From positions 310,001-374,000 of the forward strand of contig JAAILG010000001.1 of assembly GCA_012026655.1 (NCBI GenBank): 64,000 bases of DNA. Direction: 5' to 3'. Below the pieces are notes generated by a model. The model was not told the DNA's origin. It was given only the letters and a program-made list of their open reading frames with translations, and ran no database searches. This document shows positions 1 through 11,425 of this stretch, one piece after another. This DNA comes from Hydrolagus affinis. Its lineage: Eukaryota. The number at the start of each line of letters is the position of its first letter. Within the stretch, counting starts at the first letter, position 1. Both the position numbers and the translations under genes were made by a program.

Positions 1-19
1 TAAACAAAGGCTTTCTCTT

Positions 20-390
20 GGATTGGTGGATAAATGCATTATGTGGTGTAATGTTGAGCACCAAAGAACAGGAAAGATCTAGTTTTGATCGCTTTTCTCT
101 GCTGGGTTTGCTGATCTCAGCAATGGGAGCAGAATCATGGGCTCTGAGCTAGGTGGGAAACCAAACACAGTCAGGATTCCTGCCAATGATCTCTATCCAG
201 TGACCCTTGCAGAAAAGTGCATATGTATGCGGCTTGGCTTTAATACCCATCATGATCAAATAGCCAACTGGCACGCACTGCCTGGAATTACATATCACTG
301 GGATGAGGTACTGGATAGCAGCTGGAACTTGCGTAACCACACCCTAGCCTCATTCACCATCATCAAAGCGGGAGGAGAGAACAAACTGAG
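20..390 (+). mobile_element. Ancient decayed SINE, AmnSINE2-like family (copy 1)
   Basis: Blocks GCTGATCTCAGC, CAGGATTCCTGC and CTATCCAGTGACCCTTGCAGAAAAGTG align by eye with copies at 10770-11115(-), 26436-26810(+) and 62770-62930(+). Family name recalled, not searched. Confidence 0.55.
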
Positions 391-637
391 CAAAAATGCC
401 GGAGAATAATATTTCCAAATGCCATTCTGAAAATCGCTGTATATTATTTGGGCAATGGAACAAACCCTTTGACCATGGACATGGTTAGATGAAATGAGCA
501 GTTCTCACAAGTAAATTCACTTCTTGTAACCAAACAGAGGATTTAGTTAAGGAAAAATATATTATTCTAGAAGGGAAATGTTTCAATGTAAAGGTCTCCT
601 TTTCCTTTCGCCTCCACTTCTCCTCAACCCATACCCA

Positions 638-709
638 AAGTGCTTTGAGACTTCCAGAAGACGTGAAAAGTGCTATATCAAATGCAAGTACAGTACCATT
701 ATCATTATT
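638..709 (+). mobile_element. 3' tail of (TTA)n-ending tRNA SINE (family A)
   Basis: AAGTGCTTTGAGACTTCCAGAAGACGTGAAAAGTGCTATATCAAATGCAAG...ATTATT matches the tail of the full copies at 26124-26422 and 38248-38520. Confidence 0.8.
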
Positions 710-760
710 CTGAAAGCAAAGGTAAAAAAAAATGTGTTTTAATGTCTGGACACCAGACAT

Positions 761-789
761 TATTTGTCCACATCCTATTTGTCCACATC
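761..789. repeat. Tandem duplication of 14-mer TATTTGTCCACATC
   Basis: Identical 14-mers at 761-774 and 776-789. Confidence 0.9.
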
Positions 790-1519
790 AAATACACCCT
801 GCAGGATACCTAGCATTTTTGCACTTTTCAGCCAGAAAATCCCTGTTCGGGTGACATATGTGCCAGGTTGGTCTTTGGCCGATTGCCGTTACAATGAGTG
901 GTGATTGGCAACCTTCCTGGTTCTGGATGCTGATCCCAACACGGTTACATTATAAAGTTAATACCCGCTGGCCACGAGCCCTGGCTGGTGCTGAACCTTT
1001 TAATGGCATTCGAGCGCCAGATTCACATCAAGGACTAAGAAGGACGGCAATCAACAATCACAGTAACAGTAGCCAGCCAAAGACAAACCCATTGGATAGT
1101 TAACCGAGCACATCTTTCTTGGCTGGAAGACTTGTAATAGCAGGTCTCCAGCAGCCTGTGTTTTGATGGGTACAAATGGGACAATCTTCTCTCAGGGATA
1201 AACCATTTTAAAACATTTTTTTTACACTCTTTCTCAAAGGAATACTTAATATTAAAGTGCTCACCACCCCACCCACACCGGTGACATTCCACCTTAACCT
1301 GACCCTGTGGAATACCCTGGAATCTTTATTGTTAGCAAATAACTACTGCGAGCAGCACTGTAAGGAATTTGATAATTAACTAAAGCCATGTTCAATCCAT
1401 CTAAATTTTGCTGCATCTACTCCACCTGTGGTACCATAGAGGCATGGTGTGGCAGAAAGCTATGCTCTTGTATGGCGTTCCATTCAAACCATTGAAGCAC
1501 AAAATATTTTGTGGGGCGA

Positions 1520-1702
1520 AACAAGTAATCCCCAAAATAAAATTGATCATTTGTTTCTTGGTTGTTTGTGGGAATATGGCTGTGCACATTTACCCTGCCA
1601 CATTGGCCTACAAATACTCACTTCATTTTGCAATAATTCCTGCAAAGCTTTGAGACGTCCTTCTGACATAATAAGGCAACTGTACTATATGCAATTATTA
1701 TT
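1520..1702 (+). mobile_element. Decayed 3' half of Deu-domain/family A SINE
   Basis: GTTTGTGGGA...GCTGTGCAC block followed by AAAGCTTTGAGACGTC...GACAT...ATGCAATTATTATT tail. Confidence 0.65.
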
Positions 1703-1960
1703 AGATAAATGCTCATCAAGTTATTTGACACTGAAAACAATTTAGGCTGAAAATTTCAGTTAGTCTCAGGCTGTAGATCCGTTATGTATTAAAAGTAAAT
1801 ATTGCCCGGAATTGTGGAAAATCAATCATATAGTTTTAATTTGGAAGTCAGTTTCTTTTTAAGAGCTGCAGAAAAGCAGCTTGCAAATTGAGACCTAATC
1901 AAAGCATTTTCTTCAATTTAGGTCGTAGCACTATTTCCTCTGAGTTAGAAGGTTGTGCTT

Positions 1961-2116
1961 TGAATGTCTCATCCAAAGAGTGGCATCTCAGTAATGCAGA
2001 GCTCCCCCAGCACTGAACACTGAACTAAAGCTTGGAATGTGAGTTCAAAGTTCTGCCGTCAGGCTTGAACCTATAACCTTCTGACTCAGAGGTGAGAGAG
2101 CAGCCAACTGGGCCAG
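1961..2116 (-). mobile_element. Deu-domain (SacSINE/AmnSINE1-like) SINE, 5' part
   Basis: Minus strand reads CCTCTGAGTCAGAAGGTTATAGGTTCAAG (tRNA-like head with B box)...CTTTGGATGAGACATT, matching the copy at 22355. Confidence 0.7.
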
Positions 2117-2147
2117 GTTGAAACCTAGGGTCACTCACTACACGGTC

Positions 2148-2205
2148 CACTTTGAGATGTCTTCCTGATATGAAAGTCACTAGGTCAAATGCAAGGATTA
2201 TTATT
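2148..2205 (+). mobile_element. Family A SINE tail fragment
   Basis: CACTTTGAGATGTC...TCAAATGCAAGGATTATTATT. Confidence 0.7.
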
Positions 2206-3221
2206 AAAACCTCAGAGTTTTCTGATTGGATGAACCACCAGCAAATTGGAGGGGAAGAGAGAAGTGTTTGACATTTTATATATTCTCAGTTTAGTTCCAC
2301 TTTTATGAAGCTTATTAATCTTTGTACGTTCTGTGTTTAAGTATACTTTAATACAGCTACTTGCTCATGTTAAATCCATCCATTAGCAAGTTTTGTAGGT
2401 TCAAATATCATGCCACCTAATATTTGTCAGCTTTGTATGAGCACATATTAAAACAGCTTCCTTTGTCTGGTTCATTTCAAAAGCTACTGGTTAGAGATAG
2501 TGTCATTTACTATTACAATATCCAGAATGAAAAAAACACCATGAGGAAATTGTCTCATTGACTGCAGTCAATTAAAAATAATATAGTGGGAATTTATGAC
2601 TAACCTTCCATTCCATCAAAGCACTGTAATAACCTGGGCATGCAACTACAATTAAAAGAGTGAAAACCTGTTTATAAAGCATGTCAAATGTGGCCTCTTT
2701 GCTTGTTTTCTCAGTCATGCATGTCAACATTCTCTTTCTAACACCTTTCTCCCCAATCTCACCTGCCCTGGTGCAAGAGCTCTGCATAATTACTGGCTGG
2801 TTCCTCCACATGTCCTGGAGGGATTCTTCAGAAGGTAAAAGTACCAATAACAGGCACGTTTTCTACATGAGTTATCCTTACACTCCTGCAGTGCCTAACC
2901 CTGCTTCTGACTCAGTCAGCATCTTCCAGTGAGCCTCGGGGCTAAGCTGAAAAAAAAATACTGCATCCAATTTACACACAAACATAACTGCATGTTCACA
3001 ACCACAAGATAATCACTAAACAAAAGCAGAATGCCATTTTTAATGTGATTTCTGGACAGATACAATGACCCTGTGTTTTCACAAGAAAAGATGTCTCATT
3101 CAAAGACTATTAACACTGGGATCTAAAAAAAAACACTTAGCAATTTCCTTTCTTGTTTACTACAGAACCTGATATTTCAACTTTCATGTCACACCTAAAC
3201 ACATTGCTTTGAGATATTCAA

Positions 3222-3400
3222 GCGCAGAGAGTTGCTTTCCATTCCCCTGTTCGGATGTGAGAGAGCGCTTGCTCTCCAAGGATTATACCTGAGCCACGCT
3301 CTGCGAAGAAAGCCATTTCACGGTGCCAGGTAATCGCAGATCACATGACGTGGAGAGTGGCAGAGACTGAGAACTTCGCGGAGCACAGCAGAGCGGGTGA
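3222..3400. promoter_or_regulatory. Small CpG-retaining, non-repeat segment; candidate promoter/enhancer or first exon
   Basis: About 11 CpGs in ~180 bp against a CpG-poor background. Overlapping TCACATGA (M-box-like, 3341-3348) and TGACGTGG (CRE/UPRE-like, 3346-3353). Confidence 0.3.
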
Positions 3401-3759
3401 AAATGAATCAGATATGAAAATGTCTGAAGCAATAAATTAACACTCAGCATGGGGGTGATAGCTTAATCCTGTCTGGTCCAAACAGTACCTGACACCCATT
3501 ATTGTAATAGGAGGTACCACACTGAATTGATACAGAGAGTGAAAATGATCATTCCCAGATGACTTCCAAAACAGTAAAGGTAAAGAGTGTTACTCCCCGA
3601 CAGAACAGATTGAGTCAACTATTGCTATTTATAAAATGAAGCTGAAAGAAGTTGTCAGACAACGATGCAATTTTCTTGAGCAGTTTTGCATTCTCAATCA
3701 CGCTTATTTCTGTACACTCCAAGACTGACTTTTACAAAAAACATTGACTGCTTTCATTC

Positions 3760-3832
3760 TCCCTCCCATCCTCCTCAATATCCACCCACCCCCCACCACT
3801 ACCCCCTGCTCCCCCCCCACCCCAACCCCCTC
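3760..3832 (-). repeat. C-rich low-complexity tract (G-quadruplex-capable on minus strand)
   Basis: More than four C3+ runs, including CCCCCC and CCCCCCCCC. Confidence 0.6.
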
Positions 3833-5306
3833 TGCACCGTTATGCAAATAGCCGACTGCAATACAAAAGTTCAAGTTAAAGAAGTACAGGTAACAGAAAT
3901 TAGGGCATTCAATGTAGAAAACATAGTATTGTACAGACAACAAAATATTGCAGCATGCTGCATATGGCAGGATTGTTCCAAATTTTTGCCTGCACTTTGT
4001 TTACTATATATGCCAATAGTGTAATATTAAACAAAAACAGTGTGTCCTGTGCCAGAATGATTGATTACAAGACTGTGGCAAGGTCACCTCCTAGGAACCA
4101 GCTCAGTGCAGTAAGGGTTGTCTGACTCATACAGTTAACACTATATCCGCATTGTATGAATGTCACCAGGAATCCAGTGATTTATTGCTTGGAAGGCTGT
4201 GTTCAATTTTTTCTGCCTGACCAAATTGCACATTTTCTGAAAAAAGAAGCAAAAATATTTCAACACATAGATTACCCTGAGCCCTCATTTTCCCCCCAGG
4301 TTCATATCTTTTCAAAGATACTGATCATCAAAACTCTCATTTTTATTTGATTTGCTTCTTTTTTTTCTCTCTGGCTGTTTTTGTTTTGGTGAAAACGGTT
4401 TCAGGACAGGGAAAGGAGGTTTAATTAGAATCTGGTAACATCTGTGCGATCGACTTCAGAAAACAATGGTTGCATATGGTACTCCCTTAATTTCAAGAAG
4501 GTTCTTATTGGCAAAAAAAAATGAGCCTCAGGGAGAAAAATATTCTAGCCCCGACAGAAAGGAAATTTCATCCCTGGAACAAACTCTTTCTACCAGGAAA
4601 ATTTGCAGTGAAAATCCCTTTCAAATATGATGGCTCACACAGACAAGACAATTATACTAGATATTCTCATTTACTTTTAGCTGACTTTAACGACAAAAGC
4701 AATGTTTAAGCTGTATTTTTCTCTCTCATAACAAACATAATTCTTACTATGAAGAAATTACATTTGATCAAGGCAATCCCTCTGAAGCCAGTATACTTGA
4801 AAGCAGATCTAATGAGTAATAACTCTGGTGACTATTTGGTTTGTTAGTCAATGTCAGATAAGACAGGATTCTGAAAAAATCTGTTAAATATTTCAGCAAT
4901 ACCTTGCAGCTGTCTTTTAAAATTATTAATTGAATATTTATTCACTTTCCATTTGCTTAAAAATGCTTAGAATTCCACAAGGTTACATCATGTAACATTT
5001 AAATTGCATGAGAACCCATCATTTAGGTCTCAAATCCCAATGGATTGACATTTATGTCAGGCATATGTCTGAAACTGAACCCCTTGTACAACATTAATGC
5101 ACTGGAAATGACCACAGACGTAGCAGGAAACTGAAGTGGTGATTAGTTTCCCTATATTAGTGGCTATCATTGTACAGCATCAACACCTCATAAACACTGC
5201 ACCCCATTTTCAACTATTGTCAGGTTTAAACAGACCTTTACTCCAATTCATTATTTCATTCATTCCCTGATTCCACCTACAACAGCCTCTCTCCCCCCTC
5301 CCACCA

Positions 5307-5326
5307 ACACCACACACACACACACA
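5307..5326. repeat. (CA)n microsatellite
   Basis: Eight consecutive CA units at 5311-5326. Confidence 0.9.
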
Positions 5327-6565
5327 TTTTTAAGATGCATTACTGAATTTTATACACCAAGACTGTAAATTGGGAAGAAGAATTTACATTTCTTCCAGTC
5401 TTTAATTAGTTTTGTGTCTGCAGTTCAAGGCGGAATGAGAAACACGAGCAAAGCTCTGACTGACTTGCAATAATATTGTTTTACATTTTTCACAATAAAA
5501 GCAGTTTAAAGGAGGATATGTCACAGTTTCCTGTGAATATCATGTTACTCCCGTGAGTGCGAATAAATTTGAACTTATACAATCACCCAAAATGGAACAG
5601 AAAATAAGGTCCTATATTGTTTATTTGTTTTTATTTAAATCAAATAATGCATTTTAAAATGTATAGTTATGCATAAATACATATTTCCTGTTGTAGATTA
5701 GATCAACTTGGTAAACCCTGGTTTACGTGCACAGGGAAAATACATTTTAGTGAGATGAATGTTCATTGTATTGAGTTTTACCTTTAAGATTTGCTGCCTG
5801 ACATATTCATAAACTGAAAAGTGCTTATTGATTAAATATCCTCTATGAACATGAAACAGAATCATCTCTCAGGTTCTTCTACAAATGAGTTATGAGATCT
5901 TCCTTACCGGTGAATTAATGTCCTAATTAACTGTTGCCCATGTAATGTTCTTTCCGTTGTATTCAATGACTATTTTGTCTTTGAAAGTTAGGAGACAATG
6001 GTAGTTTCAAGTGCTTACCAGCTAGTTTAGTGGTGATATAACTGGGAAAAATTGTATTATATTACATTTTGGCAGCATTAGAATAAATGTGAACATATGT
6101 TGCCCAGAGAGAATAAAATGCTAGGTCATATTGCGTCGGAGCTAATGGTCCCACACCCTATTCAATTATCTGCTGGGACAATTTTTCTTTGTTTACTATT
6201 ATTTCAGAAATTGCGTATTCATAAAATAAACTAGTCTAGATTTATAACAACATGTTTTGTTTTAAAAAAGGACATTAAGAACCCAAATTATTTTGTTATT
6301 ATAAAAGTGTTTGAGAAAATAAAACTAGATGTGGTGAGATGCAAAAAAAACAATGTGAGATGCTATGCCTCCAGACTTTTGTAAGTAATATTCTTGTTTG
6401 TCAAAAAATATAGTGATCTCAATGTAGAGCTACAATTCTGCCCAAATCAGGAAACAGAAACAACTCCTTGAGTCTATATACTGTAGCAACTTTCACAAAG
6501 GATGATTCTCGGAATGCAAGACGTTCAAAATACCTAATTCGATAATCATTGAGAATGCTGTACAT

Positions 6566-6690
6566 TATAACAATAATAATACTAATAATCCTAGCATTTG
6601 ATATAGTGCCTTATCACGTCACTGAGATGTCTCAAAGCGCTTCACAGGATATACCATAGTGGAGTGATTGTGTATTTTGTGGGCAAAATA
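6566..6690 (-). mobile_element. Family A SINE 3' fragment
   Basis: (AAT)n then CCTAGCATTTGATATAGTGCCTTATCACGTC...GTCTCAAAGCGCTTCACAG. Confidence 0.8.
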
Positions 6691-6887
6691 AGGACTTTAT
6701 AATTATGCTTTATAATAGATATGCTTATCAGGTTTAGAAACAAGAATAGTGAATCTGTGCAACAGTTAGAAACCATTTTGAAGTATTTCAAGAATTGATT
6801 GCCAAATAAAGTTTGAGAAAGTGCTCACAGATTTTTGTTCACAGTTTCAGCTAGCATTCTACGTAATCTGACTGGATTGTTTCTGTT

Positions 6888-6945
6888 CTTATGTCTTCCC
6901 GACATAAAAGGTGCTCTACAAATGTAATTTTGTTTTTGTTGTTGT
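6888..6945 (+). mobile_element. L2 tail-only insert, (TTG)n type
   Basis: GTCTTCCCGACATAAAAGGTGCTCTACAAATGTAATTTTGTTTTTGTTGTTG matches the end of the L2 at 43220-43288. Confidence 0.75.
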
Positions 6946-7514
6946 TCTTTCATTGACCGATCATATAGGCAAATTGTAAGTCTTAGAAGTAAGAAATTCA
7001 ATTAAAACACGACATGCAAAACTTCTCAGTTATAGTGCTGTATAATACAATGCATCACACACATGTGTGAGCAATATTCATTCCACCTACAATTGTATTC
7101 AGAATTGTCTGTGACTGGACTATATCTCTTACAATGAAATATATTTTTTTGATAATTGGCCTAAAAACGTGGATCATCAAAATAGATCTGATGGGCAACA
7201 TTGGTTTAGATGACAATAAGGTTCAACATGAGCTTCTCAAAAATCGGACTGCAAATTACATTGTGTCTTTTAAGTAATTAATTCCTATATCATGATTTCT
7301 AATTTAACACCTCTGTTTGAAACAAGAAACGCCACGTGAGGTTAAAATAAATATTATAGAAAACACTTTTTGAATATTTAATTGAATATGTCACCAAAAA
7401 CATCCAGTGACTAATGTAAATGCTGTGTATTGAAACTGTGCAAAACCTGTCTACACACATGGATATTAATGATGCACTGGCAAGTTATTCTGTTACGTTA
7501 GCTTCTTAAATAAG

Positions 7515-7660
7515 AACAACAACAACTTACATTTACATAACGCTCTTCACGTCGGACGGCAACTTGGAGGGCTTATAAAAATACTCATTTTCGAAAGGGA
7601 ACTAGTCATTGACAACAATAACAACAGTAAATTTACATTTGTATAGTTAGGAGGATGCCC
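7515..7660 (-). mobile_element. Two L2 tail fragments (7515-7575; 7612-7660)
   Basis: AACAACAACAACTTACATTTACATAACGCTCTTCACGTCGGACGG, and a second (AAC)n...TTACATTTGTATAG. Confidence 0.65.
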
Positions 7661-9399
7661 TACCTACGTTCACTGGAACATCATCGTTCTCTGTGCTTCC
7701 CTCTTTTAAAGTTACTGGTCTTCATCATGTGCTTTACAGGTCGTGTCAACCGCATTATGCATACATCTTACTATATCTCAATGTTGTACAGTATATATGC
7801 TTGATTTTTAAGAACTGCAGTATAAAGAGGTTAGCATGTATAAGGCACCCTGTTCAGCTCTTATATAAAAAAATTCTAATCAGATGGTCTGTGCCCTCCA
7901 TATTTTGACTGGCATTCACTTGCACTCTATGGATTAATTCTGGCAGTTCTCGACCAAAACGCTTTGAAGTAAAGGACAGATTCATGCTGGGCACAAAACA
8001 TTAGGATATAGACCCAATGGACCTTCTAAACCTGTTTCCTGAGTGTACAAGGATAGTGCGGAAATTTAAGTTTTCTTTAGAAAGGTGATTAAAAAGATAA
8101 AAGAAAAACTAGTATAAAACAAATAACAGAAGTTGACTGTGTGTAATATTTCCAAAGTTTTGAATTTGTGTATCTGATTATCTGAGGTGAGCTCATAGCC
8201 CCCAATTTCTTCATGGTAAATTGTGAAAAACCTATCATCAGTAGGTACCATTGCATAACATGATATGTTCCACTAGGGTTATTATTAAAACAGTAGTTTT
8301 GGACGATCAACATTCAAGCAGGTTAAAATTCATTATCCTCTGAGAACAATTATATGAGTAAACCAAAACAAGTGAAACCGACAAGAAAAAGCTTGGAAAC
8401 ATTAGTTTTTTTGCCATTCAAAGTGAAGTGGATTTGTTTGAAACTAGTGAATGGCAGTATCTTGAGATAAAGCTCGGGTTTAGGAATTTATAACAAGGCA
8501 ATGCACATTTTAATAATGAATTATGAACCTATTGCCTCTACCATCTGAACTTAGTTTAGCCGTATAATAAATAAACAGGGATAAATGTTGCTGCAAATTA
8601 TAATGATTCCAATGTTGTCATCATTATGGCATTACTGTAGACCTAACGATACACTGGTATGGTTCCAAGACAATAACAATAAATAAAATAAATCATCTAC
8701 AACAAGAAATATTGATATCATATGCACATTCCAATAATGCTATTATTAGATATACTGTACATTGCCCTTTTAGATAATCAATAAGAAGTTCCCTATTACT
8801 GTACTACTAACTTCAGATGTTCTTAGTTTTACCCTCCTCTTATCCAGTTTCCAATGATTTGGCAATTGCACATCCACTTTTGTAACATTGTTCATATCTT
8901 AATCTGTCTGCAAAATTTAATACTGCACAAATCATAATTGAAAACATAAATTTGCTATAAAAAATTGCAGCCATTTACAACTAACTAGGAAAAAACATGG
9001 TATTTTATTTTTCAAAAGACAGAAAATGTGAGAATCTTTCATTTTCTTAAATGGATTACAGTCATAAATTATTAAAAATGTCATGAATCTTTAATTTTCC
9101 TACCATCTACTTAAGAGATATTTGGGTAATAGTGACAAATATTATAAAATGTCCGGAAAATAAGTCTCTGCCACTTTCATTAGTAGTGGTAAAGGTGAAC
9201 GCAGATAAATTAATAGGGCCTTCTTAACGCAAATTACTGTCAGCTTAAAATGTGCAGCAGATTTAACACGAATGTTTCAAATGAATGCAATGCAAAATTT
9301 AATCTCAACAACTCAATTAAACAAATTGAATTTTTAAAGAACAAATGGGAATTCATACAAATTAAAACTGCCGACTAGTTTTAACTTTAGACATTTATG

Positions 9400-9720
9400 A
9401 GTTATAGCCCCAAAAACCCCCATAGCTGCTAGTTTCCTTTATTCGTTGTCTCAGCAGTTAGAGAGAGGGTTGGCAGGCAGCATCACAAAAGGATAAAAAT
9501 GTCCGCAATCGAAACACAGTTTTTGCCTCACAATAAATCATCTGTCACATCATCACAGCCCTGTAGATAATGAGCAATAAAGTTTCCACACTCAGGGAAT
9601 GAAGACCTAGACATAAAAACACAAGTAAGCCTGCCATGAGTCGATTGTTTTCTCTACAGGATTTGCTATTTACTTATCAAATGTGTGCTAAATCTATTGA
9701 TGGCAACAATCATTTTATAG
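9400..9720. promoter_or_regulatory. Candidate conserved non-coding enhancer with Meis + Pbx-Hox composite site
   Basis: Minus strand 9547-9532 reads TGACAG-A-TGATTTATT, in repeat-free sequence. Confidence 0.3.
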
Positions 9721-10225
9721 CCTGTAAAATAGACGGTACACTGCATTTATGGATATCCTGGTAATGAGAACAATGAGTTGAAGGGACGTTTGCTCAGGCA
9801 CAGATTAATTTCCAACACAGGGTAATGGTAATCTGCTAGTTTATAGGAACACTTAGATTGGATGTTGAGCTTGATAGGTGTGATTACTAGACAGCAAATG
9901 CAATAGTTGGGAGTTTTATTTGAATGCAGTTAAATCAAGTACTGAGGATACTGTGTCAAACACATATTGTCATATAAGAAATCCAGATGATGTGGTTTTC
10001 AGCAAAGGAAAAAAGAAGTACATATTAATATAGATGTATTGTATCACTTCAAAGGCATTCCTCAAACACAGACACTGAGAGGCAGAAACTATTGTACATT
10101 AAGCAAGTCACAAAAGGTAACATCCTGTTTTTCTATTACTATTGTGGGTTAAACATCGTGTTAGTTAAGGTGTGTTAGATAGTGTGACTTATTGGATTCA
10201 CAGGTGGATAAGGTCACTTTGGCCT

Positions 10226-10590
10226 AGAACCATAGACATTTATGACACAGAAGAATGATCAGCCCATTGCATCTGTGTCAGCTCCCTCAGAAGCAATCCT
10301 TTCAGTCCCACTTACTTGCCCTTTCCCCATACCTATGTAGCTGGCTCTTTTTAAGGTATGTATCTAGTTCCCTTTTAAAAGCCAACAAGGATTTGGCCTC
10401 AACCATTGCTCCCAGCAGGGCATTCCATATCCTAACCGCTCTGTACATGAAACAATTTCTCCTAACCTCCCCATTTGTTCATTTACTAACTATTTTAAAT
10501 TGATGTCTAATTACTCACTGACCAGTGGAAATAATTTCTCAAGCTGACTCTGTCAAAATCCCTCAAATTTTTAAAGACCTGAATCACCTC
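10226..10590 (-). mobile_element. CR1 LINE 3' end (decayed)
   Basis: Minus strand shows GAAATTGTTTCATGTACAGAGCGGTTAGGATATGGAATGCCCTG (CR1 ORF2 C-terminus, FF.QRVV..WN.L type) and a TCTATGGTTCT-type end. Confidence 0.7.
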
Positions 10591-10769
10591 TTCCAGAATG
10601 TCTACATCAAAGAGTTCCACAAAGCTATATCTGTTTCCATTAGTAAGTTGCATTCCTGTGGTCTTCCACCAGTGGTGCTATGAGCTGGCAGCTGAGGCCA
10701 GATGTATTTGGCGTTCTTTTATTTCTTTTTTCTTGTAGTAAGATACAGTTTCATGGGCACTGACCACCA

Positions 10770-11115
10770 TATGGTACCATGTGCAAGTGGCCATTATTCA
10801 TGTATGAACCTTGTCAGTGAGTGTAAGCCAGCTAATTGACCACAGGTGGCATCACAATGGAATGCTCTCCTGCCCTCCTCTGACACACATTCACACAAAC
10901 AAACATACACACATCTTTCAGCAGCAGTCTCTAGATAGTATCCAGCAATGGGTACCCAAGCTCAATTTTCCTTCCCTAACCCAGGAGCACAGAGGCTAAT
11001 TGTACCTGCTTCCCCAACTGAAATCAGCTAACTCTCCACAGACCAAGGTTTGAACCTATGGCTTTTTGGCCTGTATCACCCAATATTGGTCAATGGTTTT
11101 ACCAACTATCGAGGG
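10770..11115 (-). mobile_element. AmnSINE2-like SINE (copy 2)
   Basis: Plus strand AAGTGGCCATTATTCATGT...CCTTCCCTAACCCAGG...CTGAAATCAGCTAACTC...TTGAACC is the reverse of copy 1, with a tRNA-like B box. Confidence 0.6.
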
Positions 11116-11264
11116 AGATCCTGGGATCTCAACATAAACGCTCTTCCTCAGTATTGCCAGGATAGATAAAATGGTGTTCAACCTCATGTCCTTTCACTTC
11201 TTCTTCCACATCTACGAAGGAGAAGGGAATAAAGGGAAAATGGAGGTTAGCTGAGGGGAGGGTG

Positions 11265-11425
11265 AAAAGATGAAGAGGGGCTCCCATGAAATATAAACAT
11301 CAGCACAAACTAATTGTGTGGAATGGCCTGTCTCAGTGCCTTAGGACGCCCTCCTGAGTTGAAAGGCGCCACACAAGTGTAATTTTGTTGTTGTTGTTGT
11401 TTCAATGCTGTAGATTCCATGCAAT
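11265..11425 (+). mobile_element. CR1 3' tail interrupted by an L2 tail insert
   Basis: ATAAACATCAGCACAAAC...GAATGGCCTGT [L2 tail] TGCTGTAGATTCCATG. Confidence 0.55.
11334..11400 (+). mobile_element. L2 tail-only insert
   Basis: CAGTGCCTTAGGACGCCCTCCTGAGTTGAAAGGCGCCACACAAGTGTAATTTTGTTGTTGTTG. Confidence 0.8.
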
